Position numbers and translations under genes: made by a program. The notes under the pieces were generated by a model. That model was not told the origin of the DNA and made no database searches. It saw only the letters and a list, made by a program, of their open reading frames with translations. Source: Perkinsus chesapeaki ATCC PRA-425 (Eukaryota; Protista; Perkinsozoa). From it: DNA of 47,800 nucleotides. The stretch lies in contig JAAPAO010000246.1 of assembly GCA_013115145.1 (NCBI GenBank), positions 1 through 47,800 of the forward strand, read 5' to 3'. This document shows, one piece after another, positions 24,188 through 36,000 of this stretch (the stretch's first letter is position 1; each line of letters opens with the position of its first letter).

Positions 24188-25038
24188 CAGCCCTCCACAA
24201 TGAAATAAAGTATTTCGTTTTTTAACGATTCCTCGTCTGCTATTGAGTGTACGACCATAAAATTTTGAAGCATAGTACTAGAAGACACAGCAAGGAAGAA
24301 TATGTAAATCGATCAACCGTTTCATGCCTGGGTGCTGTTAAGGAACTGCTGGTCTTCTGTGTTGCTGGAACTCGATGCAGCCATGATATAGAATAGTGCA
24401 GATAGTGATATTAGTAGTGGTGAGAGGTATATCAACACGATCATACAAAAGATATACTAAATGAGAGAGAGAATCCGAAACGGTTATGTTTCGGGCGATG
24501 GCGATTATTGCGTAATGGATATGCAGTGCATATCCATGACGCAATAATCGCCGTGTGAGCGTGCATATTATGCGTATCCTTCGGGCCTTCCTTGATGATC
24601 TTACTGACCGCACTTTGGTTGAGCTGGAAGCCTTCCAGTGGAAGGCAGCGGCCAAATCTTTCTGTGTGAACTTCTTGCGGCCATCAGGATGGGCTTGGGC
24701 CGCCATGCGCTTGATCTTTTCGCGATCTTCAGTAGAAACGTGTGTGGAGCGGCCCATGTTTGAGAAACAACGAAGGAACTGCGTGGCGGTGCCTGGTATC
24801 GCGTGTCTTTCGAAAGTATTCTATTTCACCGAGGCAGTTCTGCGCGCGCGGAAAATTTCGCGCGCCGGTATCTTTGCACCCAGGCATGAAACGGTTGATC
24901 GATTTCACATATTCTTCCTTGCTGTGTCTTCTAGTACTATGCTACAGAATTTTATGGTCGTGCACTCATTAGCAGACGAGAAAATTCCTCGGAGAAATCG
25001 TTAAAAAACGAAATATTCTATTTCATTGGGGAGGGCTG
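24188..25038 (-). mobile_element. Internally deleted Tc1/mariner-type DNA transposon, 851 bp
   Basis: Imperfect TIRs 24188-24335 and 24876-25038, starting CAGCCCTCC and ending GGAGGGCTG. TA is duplicated on both flanks. Internal minus-strand HTH-like relic MGRSTHVSTEDREKIKRM, with a frameshifted NQSAVSKIIK. No DDE domain. Confidence 0.88.
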
Positions 25039-25885
25039 TATATTAGCCTTAATAATATTCGATCCTGAGTTCGCATGAGAATAGGCAAGGCAAGCATAAC
25101 AAGTTGTTAATAACAATAGACAATACGTGGAGGCGAATCATGTCAGTTGTTGCCGGTGGTGAATCGGGTTGGCTTAGCCAACTTGGCTATGCTCTGCAAC
25201 TGTTCACGAATGGGATGGGTGCTAGCACGTTGACATATATACGATAGTAACCTTTACCGTAAAATATGGTCCGAAATGTGCCTAGTCGATGATGATGATC
25301 CTCCGACGATCATCATCGTACCGACTCTTCTGCCGGTGAAGGGATCTTCAACCTCCACTTTTCGTGCTAGCCTATTTGGAAACTGATTGCGGGGTAGCTT
25401 AATACGGGTCTGTCCGGAAACAGCGAGGTAGCTACTGGCAGTTATCGGTGAAGATCACTATACCACGCCACGGGGTTGGAAGAACTCAGAAGCTTAGCAA
25501 ATTCGCGTTGCATAGAACTTCCACCTTTTCGAGACTGCTGAAGGGCGTCGCGTCTATCGTAATGTGGTGATGGCAGAAACATACGTCTCTGTGGTCTCGA
25601 TCGACCGTCTCGCTGCCGCCGCCGCCGTCAGTGTTCGCAGACGAGTAACTATATTCGATCAATGGATAATTCAAGTGATGATACTCAAATGTGATACATT
25701 ATTAACTTAACCTCACTCAATTGGAAGTGACAGGTTTCCACACAACTCACCAAATACAGACAAGGATGTCTTAAAGGAGAAGTTGGGTAAAGCGCTACTT
25801 AATGTAAGCTCGAAAGAGGGCAGTTTGGTTACCAAACTTTGGTAGTATCGGAAAGCTCAGAATCCGGCCCGGAAGTCAATACGAT

Positions 25886-27096
25886 ATGGAGACATCAAAC
25901 GACTCGAAACACAGCAGCAGAAACGGCAAGAGTTCCTCTCACTCATCTGTTCCGAAGGTGGGTGGATCTGTCCGCGAAGGCGATCTGTCTTTGGCAGGCA
26001 CTCGGTCTGATGTGGTAAAGCGTCTTGGTGAGCTTTTCGACTTGTACCCACGGAAAATGGAAGCCTTCCTACGAGACCCCGATTATCGTGGGAGGATGAG
26101 CTCGGTGATTGATTCTAGAAGTACCACAAATTACAACTTGGGGATATTTGATCTCGATTTGTATCAGAATCTTTGAGACGGCAAGCATCATCAGCGCTCG
26201 CAGAGCTACTGAAAAGTAACGACACATCAGTTCCGCGTGATGAGACCGATAGCCTACAAGTCGAGCCGGAGGACTTGTCTGGAAGGTGGTGAATCTTATA
26301 TGTTGGAGTCAATGACTGCTGTGACTCCTTCAGATACGAGGCCCTGCTATATGAAATCCTCGGCATTGATCCAAATGCCCCTGATGCGATGGATCAGCTG
26401 GTCAGAACAAATGTAGGCACGAATATCCAAGCTTGGATATTCCTTAATTCCGGGATGTCCCTGCGAGGACCTCTCCAAGGGTTTCATTTCCAGATATCCG
26501 ACCTTGAGAGGAAAGCCTTCGACGATGACGAGAACAGGAAACGAACAACAATCATATTGGTAAACTTAGTCTTCAAGGAAGGTAAACCATCTTCATAACG
26601 TCATTACGAACATTGTCGTGCCTTGACAGGCTTCGAGGTTTTAATTAGTTCGCGTGCATCTGACCCGCCGCCTCGTGGCGCTTTTCGTGCCGCTCTGAAC
26701 CGCAGAACGGCAGAGGTATGGCAAGAGTGTAGACAGGAAGCACACAAAGTTATCGGAACAAGTCGAAGCCCTGAGCTTCACAAACTAAGATTGAAGAATG
26801 CTAGACGAAAGCTCTACAAACGAGCTTTGGGGAATAGGATGCCCGAAATGATCAAAGGCGCCCTCCTCGAGGCTGCTGTCGCCATAAGCGTATTGAATCC
26901 TGCCGACCAACAAGAGCCTAGCCCAGCCGAGAGAGTCTATGAGTTATTAACGAGTAGAGCTTTTCCGGTAAGAATGGAAGGTAAACGACCTGTACGAAGT
27001 GTCGATGATAATAGCAAGTATTTGATCGAGGAAATGCCTGTCTTTGTGTACTCCAGTACTTGGGGACATGACAAGCTCGTGAACTCTTTATCATAG
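25886..27096 (+). CDS. Hypothetical protein, about 4 exons
   Basis: ORF pieces join through plausible GT-AG introns (e.g. KEG|FEVLISSR) into one frame ending at TAG 27096. No family recognised. Confidence 0.6.
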
Positions 27097-28551
27097 AGCT
27101 TTATGTTTGAGAATTCTGGTGTTACAGTGGGATAAGTGGATGTCTTGCAAAGTGCTAAATAGGGTCGCATGCGACAAGAGTGACGCGTACACTTAATTGA
27201 TAATGACTCAACGAAGGGTCTCAGAAAAGTATCAAAATTCTGATAAGAGAAGCTCATGTAGTTTTCAGCAATATTGCTATGCAATCTGGAGATCGTTTAT
27301 ACTTAAAAGACTGCCTCTCTGCCAAAACAAAGCACTGTCCAGCCTCGACAGTTTTCCCCTCAGCAGCGTCAGGAGACACCTAATAAAACGCATAGAGAAG
27401 ACTGATGGCTCCCGAAAGTTCCCTTGCTCAGACTGCTAACTGCTGACGGGATACTGGGCATACCTCAATTTCACCTTGCTTAACGTAAAGGAATGCCTCA
27501 AAATCACCGGCGGACTCTTCAAAGCTGGTCTGTGTTGTTCCTGCGGAAGAATAATCTACGAGGGAAGGCATCTTGTTCACCTGCGCCGAGTATCATGACC
27601 GTGAAACCATTCTCCGGGTGACTGTCACCGAAAAGGTTAAGTCTAGCTCCAGGCACCGCAAGCTCATCAGAGTGTTGTTGTAACCATTCGTCAAACGAGA
27701 AGGGTCTGAGGCAAAGATGAAATATGCCTGCACAAAATGACACAATGGGTTTGTGGGAAATTATCTCAGACACGAGCGCCGCACAGTATATCGTTCGGTG
27801 GTGAAGATTGAGGTGGCGAGGGATTCTGAATTCGATATTCAGTTTATACTATAAATAGAATTCATATTTTCTGATATTCAAGCAAGGCATTAATACGGTG
27901 GCACGACAGTTTGACGGTCTTGTATAAGAGGAGGCTCACTGACAACTGAGCCCGGTGTGGGCTTGCCAGTAGCGAAGGCTTCAGACGCCTTGAATTCCTA
28001 AATGGAGAAGTTATTCCAAAATGCTAATTAAAGTCTCACTTGAACGATTGGGACGAGATCGCGGCCAAGGTCACCACAATAGAAATATCTGCAAGTGGAG
28101 GAGGTCACATACGTGGGGTCAAATACAAGCATACTTCTCCCAGAGCACTTCATCGCACTTTTCAAAATCGGTATACCAGCGCAAACCGTCAAACTCCTTT
28201 CCTTCAAGCCGCGCTCTTTCAACGACCAAACCCTACTTCGACATTGTGGGCTAATTATGATTAAATGATTACTAGACTTGCTGTTTCCGGTCTTTGGGGC
28301 GAGTGTGGTATTCTGCCCGGTAGAAGGAACACTTCGCCTTCTTTGATATGGATCACTCTGAAAGATTCATCAGAGGTTATTTGGCGAACCCATTCTCATA
28401 ATCGGATTTCAGGCTAAGGCTTTTGAACAGGTCAACTTAGAAGCACAGTAGGATTCGGAATAGGTTAACTGAAGGCTCCCTGCCATGGCATACCTCTTCT
28501 TGCCTTGTTGTATTATCGGTAGGTTCATATTCCCTTTAAGTTGCCAAAAGA
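26640..28551. repeat. Segmental duplication, copy B (intact source locus)
   Basis: Matches 103-2018. Here both overlapped genes continue intact beyond the repeat boundaries. Confidence 0.97.
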
Positions 28552-28729
28552 ATTCTGGGCTCTCATCAAGGTGGAAATCAGTGCGCGTATTTGGTCCACC
28601 AACGAACATGATTGACAAGTGTTCTTTATGCATCAATTTGTTACAGATTGGTGGGCTGAAGCTTTCGGAGTGTTCGGCAACCCAATCTTCTACAGACACA
28701 GGGCCGTCGAACTTAAGGTTATGGGTCAT
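27254..28729 (-). CDS. HAAO: 3-hydroxyanthranilate 3,4-dioxygenase, two-domain form
   Basis: [43 protein letters not shown] (cupin metal ligands His/Glu), [11 protein letters not shown], and C-terminal domain [17 protein letters not shown]. Stop at 27254. Confidence 0.95.
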
Positions 28730-28860
28730 TTAAAAACACTTGTACAAACCTAATCCTGGTGGTGGTGGTGATAGCAGAATTAGAGAATTGCAAGATGTGT
28801 CAAGTGTTCAAGATTCTTCAAGTGTGTATCAGAGAAGGGATATGCTGCTTCGGTATTGGT

Positions 28861-31800
28861 ATGGTTGGTTGGTTTGGTAATAAGCCGTCTTCATCTTCAT
28901 CGTGTTGTTGCTCCGAAGTAGATGGTGGTGATGTGTATCATTCCCTTGGTGGTGGAGCTTATTATAGTGCATGTAGTATAGAAGAGGAATTCGATAAATA
29001 TACACCATTACCAACACAAGATGATATAGTAAGAAAGAGGAGAATAAGGGACTAAGACACACTGTCATGCTATATAGTAATCAATAGTAACTGTCATACT
29101 GTCATGCTATATAGTAATCAATAGTAACTGTCATACTGTCATGCTATATAGTAATCAAGATTAACTGTTACACTGTCATGCTAAATAGTAATCAATAGTA
29201 ACTGTCATACTGTCATACTATATAGTAATCAATAGTAACTGTCATACTATATAGTAATCAATATTAACTGTCACACTGTGATAGTTGGTAATTTCCATTT
29301 TCCTTTCAGCGATCAATGAGAAGTCTGAATGGTCGTTTAAGTATTGCCTCTGGTGATTCCTATGGCGGTCGAAGTCGTGGCCTTCCATCATTGGATACAC
29401 TCTTTATGACAACACCACAGGCTGCCACTGCTGCTGCTGCTGGGCGACGGTCACGGTATAATTCCACTACTGGTGCATCTGATATATCATCTAGTGCCAG
29501 ATGGCGTAATAAGAGGATAGTACCATGGCATATAGGAGGCAGGAAGGTATTAAAGGAAGGTGTTAATGCTTTCAACTGTATCACTCTAGACATTGATGGG
29601 GTCAAAATGAAAATTAGTTATTACGGTGCCGGTTTAAGACGTGTCTTGGTGGGATTGATAAGTATTTAGTATCTCTCGAGTGTTCACGCAATTTATCTAC
29701 TTTTCTTACCGTTGATAAGCTTATTATTTGGTTTTGCCAAGTGGTAATAGTTCCTTACCAAGAACTGGTATTTTAAGTGGTCTGTATTCCAGTTGAGCAA
29801 TTTTCGTTGACACTTCGATGGCTCAATAGCTATAAGAGGCTTCAAATGCTAGTATGCTATATCCTATCTACTATGGCAGTATATCTCCCCGGCGGGTACT
29901 TTTCCAGAGAATCGCACATGTCGTTTGAGCACGTATGAGGCGATCTAGAATAATAGATATAACCTTTTTAGCCCTCCAACGAGATTGCCAATAATGTCTT
30001 CTATTCTTAGAAGGTCTAATTTCCTCCAAATGTCGTAACGCTTTAATCCTTTAGATCAACTATGCACTCTTGTTTGTTTTCTCTTTAAGTGCCATATCTT
30101 CATTACTTTTGTCAGTTACGGTTAAGTCGTAGAATGAAGATTGCTTTAACCTGTCTAAGTGTGTGTCTTACTGTTTGCCTTATCATCTACAAACTATTCG
30201 ATGTCCTACCATGGAAGCTTATTAGTATACCTCTGGTTAGTGTAATAATAATAACAACAACAACTTCATCTTAGTTACCTTGTCCCCTATTAGGTCATTT
30301 TTACGTGGTTTCATATATGGTTAGCTTTACAGATGTGTTTCTTCCCAATAGACTACTGGGGCTGGGATATCACTGGTCATCATCAAGGGATTGGATGGCA
30401 GGGAATTGTGCCGCGGAAAGCTGATAAGATGGCTGGAACAGCCTGTGACCTTATGGTAATATGGAACCATACGGACCATTATTGGGTGTCCCAATTTCTC
30501 TAGTCTGAAGGAGCTTACTCCATCGTGAAACCATATCCGTTGATGATGCAGAATCAGAGATTGTTAGGGCTTTCAACCGGCTAGGCGTTTATATCAGCTA
30601 CCCTATATAATGTTTACAAACAGGATCCATAGCTACAGCGAAGCAGCTTCCAATGCCGTTTAGACCAACTCATTTCCAATGATGGCGGTCGGGTCCTCGA
30701 TCGTGGAGTTGTGCTGTGTATTCCTAGACTACTGAGTCTGCCTGTGGAGATATTAAAGGCACTTACCTTTTAGGTTGACAGGCTGATATACGTACGCGAA
30801 ATAGTGGAAAGAATTGATGCAACTGACCTATATCGATACCTTACCTCAACGGGGATCCTAAGAAGCGTTCAACAAGAAGTTAACCGACGTATTGGGAATA
30901 GGTGGAAAGACTACAAACTGCAAGTGAGTTGTAGTGTTGTTGTTGTTGCCGTAGATGGTTTGCCGGGGTGTGGTCATCGCTACCGGGAGCTGTGAAGGAG
31001 GAACTGCTAGATAAGTCGATGGAACTATCTGAAGAGACATTGCAGCGGATGGTCGCCGAAGCTAAGAAGTGCTTGTTGGATAAGGACCTGTTTGATGTTA
31101 GGGTAAAAGGGTTAAGAAGGAGTCGTGATGAAGGAAGGTTGATTTGGTAGGATCTGATTATTCGATGCTTTGTGGACGACAGACGGATGCTTTCGGAGTT
31201 CTTTATCAAAATTGGGAAGAAGGAATTACATTTCCTTGAGTTTATGGGAGCAGTTATGGGATTAATATGTGGATTGGTAGGGGGACAAGTAACACAGAAT
31301 TCCTGCACGCATGCGCATCAGGCACAATTAGCGTTATATATGTTCCTGCCTGGACACTATCGTGGTGAGAAGGATTCGGCATACAGCTGGCTGTTGTTTC
31401 CTCTTACTGGTCTTATAATTGGATTATTCACCAACTGGGTGGCACTGCAGCTTATATTCCGGCCCGTAATACTTTACGTTTTTCTGACACCTCTAGCTGT
31501 TCACCTCTGCTTCTGTAGGTCCAGCCACATGTTGCAACGATTCCTTGCACTGGACAAAAGTTTAACATTCAAGGCCTCTTCTTGAGGCGACAACCCGAAG
31601 TCTCGCGTGTCTATAGTTCTCTAGTATCAGACAGTAAGTGATTGATAGAGCGATCCGGGTTCGATCCTCAGCTGGGGCATTTTAGGTATACTTAATTGTA
31701 ATCGTTTTGTAGCCTATTTGCAATCTACAAAAGGATGGGATAGAATATTGGAAGTCTTTAAAGAGACCATCAACAGTACTGTTGACGGTATGATCTCAAC

Positions 31801-32495
31801 ACCTGCCGCATTAGCGATCAAGATGGCTGGCAAAGAGGGCTCGTAAGCCGCGGTGTGGAGGATCTTGGTGGAAGATATTGCTGTTAGATACGAAAGGTTT
31901 AAGAATGATGTAGCTCATGAATTGAAGGTTGAGCTAAGTCATCCTCATTATGTTGAGATGTATGAGAGGTAACATTAACACCTTTACACACAGTTTTATA
32001 AAGCAAAATAGCCCCTTATGGAATATACAGTACTCTCACAGACACTCTGTTAATTCCCGTACAACTTTAAGATATTGTACAGTACATACGTGATTGTTAA
32101 CCTATTTCGTATCTCTATTCATTCGTAGTTTTTAGCCTATTTCGTATCTTTATTCATTTCGTAGTTGTTAACCTATTTCGTATCTTTATTCATGCTTAGT
32201 TTCTGATCCACCATGTCGTATCTCTATCACTTGAGTTTGGTTCAATAACTTAACCATCCACATCAGATACATGGACAGCCGACTTGGTATACGAGAACTG
32301 ATGGCTCAAAGGCTGGCCGCAATGCCACCACAGGACTTCGAGCGAATGCTTCATCCAGTACAGTTATCATCATATTACCCTAATCATTGAATACTTTGAT
32401 AGGTGTTCCAAGAAGATGAAGGGACATTAATAATATTAGGAGGAGTCCTCGGAGCTGCCGTAGGTTGCCTTCAAGTTTGGATCTTCGGACTTTAA
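28861..32495 (+). CDS. DUF445-family membrane protein with a low-complexity N-terminal extension; start approximate
   Basis: WQGIVPRKADKMA, GLIIGLFTNWVALQLIFRP, QGLFLRRQPEVSRVY and FERMLHPVFQEDEGTLIILGGVLG are DUF445 motifs. Stop at 32493-32495. Confidence 0.8.
29061..29277. repeat. 37-bp AT-rich intronic minisatellite, about 6 copies
   Basis: Unit ACTGTCATGCTATATAGTAATCAATAGTAACTGTCAT starting at 29061, 29098, 29135, 29172 and 29209, plus a shortened copy. Confidence 0.95.
30495..30660 (-). mobile_element. Possible Ty3/Gypsy RNase H relic inside 318-nt intron 30456-30773
   Basis: Degraded translation LEA/FAVA..KHYIG*LI*T..LKALT..DMVSRWSKLLQ resembles ELEALAIVWA..HYLxG..IxTDHxALK..RW..LQ. 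Stops and a frameshift are present. Confidence 0.45.
31641..31685 (+). other. tRNA-like fragment inside sense intron 31634-31712
   Basis: TTGATAGAGCG (D-arm-like), then CCGGG TTCGATC CTCAG CTGGGGC A TTTTAG. The anticodon arm is absent. Splicing gives VSD-T-YLQ in the DUF445 frame. Confidence 0.7.
32094..32230. repeat. 35-36-bp intronic tandem repeat, 3 copies plus a partial copy
   Basis: Unit TTGTTAACCTATTTCGTATCTCTATTCATTCGTAG, within an intron of the DUF445 gene. Confidence 0.9.
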
Positions 32496-33027
32496 TCATC
32501 ATCATTACTGTTCATTCCTTTTAACGTACTAGTGTCACTATTGCAGACCCCACTCGGGATACTATTTCCTTTTGTCCTAGTTTTTCTTATTATATCTAAC
32601 ATGTTGGGTTAGTCAGTCATGAACTCACCTATAATGCTAAGACATCTTCTGGCGAACTAGATCACATCTTTGAGAGATTCCAGTCACGCTTGACATTAAC
32701 AAGCAGCCGACTAAAAACTGAACAGTTACGAATTAGTCTTCACACTTGTATCTGGCAGCGTTGACTTATAGCGGTCAGAGAAACCAACATCGGCAAACCT
32801 CGGATGACGGTAAAACATCAATTATTGATTCTCACTGACCGAACGGGACTCGGCTCAGATGTCACTATTATTTCGTGATACGTCTAACGATGCAACAATT
32901 CTCTCTTCAATCTTAACTACTGCACACTCATGCCATCACATCAGCGCTGTGATGTTATGAGCGGGTGATAACCCTCATCTGCGTCGCATAGTTGGCCCCA
33001 TTATGCGCGTAAAGATCTCTATTAGGA

Positions 33028-36000
33028 ATGGCTTCCTCTGCAAATGCCTATATCGTCGCTGCACTCATCACCGTAATAGAATGCATTGACTGGATAAATA
33101 CATTGCCCTATGGCACGCAAACTACTGTAAATGTCCCGCGTATTCTCCACCGACGTGTGCCCCTTTAGATTGACTTGAGCTATGGCGGAGTAGAGACGGC
33201 ATCCTCAGCTGGCTCGACAAGCATACAGATTTACGCTGGTCTTAACTATACTTCGTTTGCACTGTCACTCACAAATGCTAGTGACACTTTGACATTAACA
33301 GGAGACCCTCGATTGAGAATTGTTGATGGCTCACTGTGCAACACTATAGCTGGTGAGGTTGATAGGGTAAAGATAAAGAATCCTATCGTCTAGGTACGGG
33401 CGCCCTAGACTATGAAACCAACTGTATTCTAACAAGCACCAACTGTTCCCTTTTGCAGTCACTAGGAGGATCAGTTTCAGGTTAGCCTTGCATTATTGCC
33501 TCGCTTATGAATACCAGCTTAGGTCCGGCTCTGGTCGATTCCAATCCGTACAGTGCATGGTTGAATGGATCCGAGATCCTAAGTCCTCGGCTCTCTGTGG
33601 TTTCGTATGCTTCTCGGTGAGCCCTTACGCTATTCTACAGTGTCATACCTCCTCCATCAGAACCGAATACAACGGGAGCGCTTCAACAAGGTTCCTTTCC
33701 GGCGGCCAGTATCGCTTCTGTTTCTCTCACAATTTATCCTTTTACTCATCGCCATATGTTATCTATCCCCGCTTGGCTGTCAGTGGTATATATCGAACTG
33801 CATGTAAACTCTCGCATATACCTGCCTGTGTGGCCGATCACAAAATCAACTGCTTTGGACTTAGAGGTGAGTCTCCCTCTGAAATGGTGGCGTTCCCTCG
33901 TTGCCGAGCTCATCTCTCTTCTTACATTCTCGGGCCCTCTGAGTCAAGGAGGCCTTCAGGGAATCTTACTCATATTGGACCTACCAAGCTTCCTTGCCTT
34001 TCAGGGCAAAACTCCCATATGAGCGGTGGCTGTGTTGTGGCCTACGATGGCTACCTTGGCACCTTAGGTCCCTTCAAATGGACCCAGCCTTACACAGAGC
34101 TACAATTGGGTTGGTTACTTTTTATTTCCTCCAAGTTATACCTTCTCCGCTTCAGGTGTTGTCGTGCGGCAGCAATGCGCCGTGACAGACTCCCCTGATA
34201 TACTGTGCCCATCCGGCTCGGGCTGCACCGGAGGTAGCAGCTCCACAGATGGCCTCGATTCTTAAACTATCGCGGTTAACAGGAGCCTACCAGTTCACAG
34301 CCGATGCCTCTACGGCTTACTTGAGTGCGACTATAAATGGAATATCAGCTAAACTCGGAACTTCAGCGTATCCCTGGGGGCAAGGCTACACGATGGGCAT
34401 TTGTTATTGCCCTGGTTATCAAGATTGCCAAGCTTATGATGACTTCTTGCAACAGGTTGGCTTGCCACTGAAATGTTAGGAAAATGTAATCAGGTTGGTA
34501 CATTGCTCATTTGGACAGCGAGCATCTGTGCTGCCAATGGGACAGTTTGCACAGAGACCTTCACTGGCGTGGCAGGAGCTTTCCCTTTCAGTATAGCTGT
34601 AAAGATATCTGAATAAACTGCTCTGGTGATTCCCGCCATCAGGTGAACTGCCCACCTTTGGGATGCTCTAATGCTACAAATGCTTCTCAAACTAGAATCA
34701 AGATCGTTGACCATGGACTGGACACCTCGTGAGTCGTCGCTTACCACAGTACCACTGCGTATAATACCTATTGCGTGACCTACACAGTCAACCTTTATCT
34801 TCTATGGTGCTTTCCTATTCATGAAACTACTTACATAGACCGACTCGGAGCGCACTACGATTATCTATTACCGTTTTTCAGGTTGCCCGCCTATGACTCG
34901 TCGCATCATTGTAAAACAGCTAATGAAACCAGCGACCTTACCACACCCCACTGTGCCTCTCCAACGGACTGCTGGCGGGCTGGAACTGCTACAGCTAATC
35001 AGCGAATCTTCCAGGGCTTCTCTTTCCTCAGTAAACATGGAATGAATCTCTGCGCCTCCAATGTATGTATGATATACATTGTATATGAAGCACTCAGCAC
35101 TTAGTAGCAGTTAGTCCATTTCAACTAAGCAAATTCAAGTTTCCTATAAATCAGTGCAAGGCTCGTGACTAGGACTTTGTAATACCCAACTTTTGCTCGA
35201 GATTCTCCTCGACTAGGAGGAGGGCTTGGGTAGCACTGGACTGTAGTGACCAGCTTTGTATATCCAAAAGGAATAGTTGACCTCGTCAGATTGGGTATGG
35301 TATGATGGCCCAAAGCAGTACGACATATGTTATTGTGACGAGCAGTGTAACTCTCCTTCTAGCTGGCATAAAGTAGGGTCCAGGCTACGGGCATAATAAG
35401 GGCTTCGCAAAGGGCCAAAATGGTGCCATCCGATAGGTTGGTGAATTCCATAATGAGCCACTACAGTTGGTCAAGACGCTACCAACATCCACCATCGAAG
35501 CTCCCGTAGTTAGATCTCAGCCGGGGATTTTAATGCTTCATAGTAGAGCTGACTCTACTAGTGTCATACCCTTTGGCCTGCATGCCGAGTCCTATCATCC
35601 TTTGATAGGCATCAAGTAAGGACCTATCATTACTATCATTGATCTATTGCTTGATGAGGCGCCTTTTGGCGTAACTCGGCTGGAGAATCACACACCTCAT
35701 TTGGTCTTCAGATCTGACCCGTTGTACTCCATCGAGCATTCCGCCTGCCAAGAAGATCCATTTGAAGTTGGTGGGGTTACATCTGGCACTTCGTTTCTCT
35801 TGCACCGAGGTCAACACATGCGCGCTGAAACATGTCGACTTACTGCAGCTCTCAGGCGTACAAACGTCTGATGTTATCGCATTTGACGCTGGGAATGTGC
35901 TGAGCACAATTTCTATACGAGAGTCTGGGCCAGTGGTCGTTTGTTACTGCCCTCTGGCCTATACCGACACATGTTATGATAATACCCTTTGGCGGGCCGC

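Noticed and set aside
19006-31685. The three tRNA-like fragments as functional or split tRNA genes
   Set aside because: T-stems pair at only 2-4 of 5 positions, no 5' acceptor strands were found, and the host introns are too short for a full tRNA.
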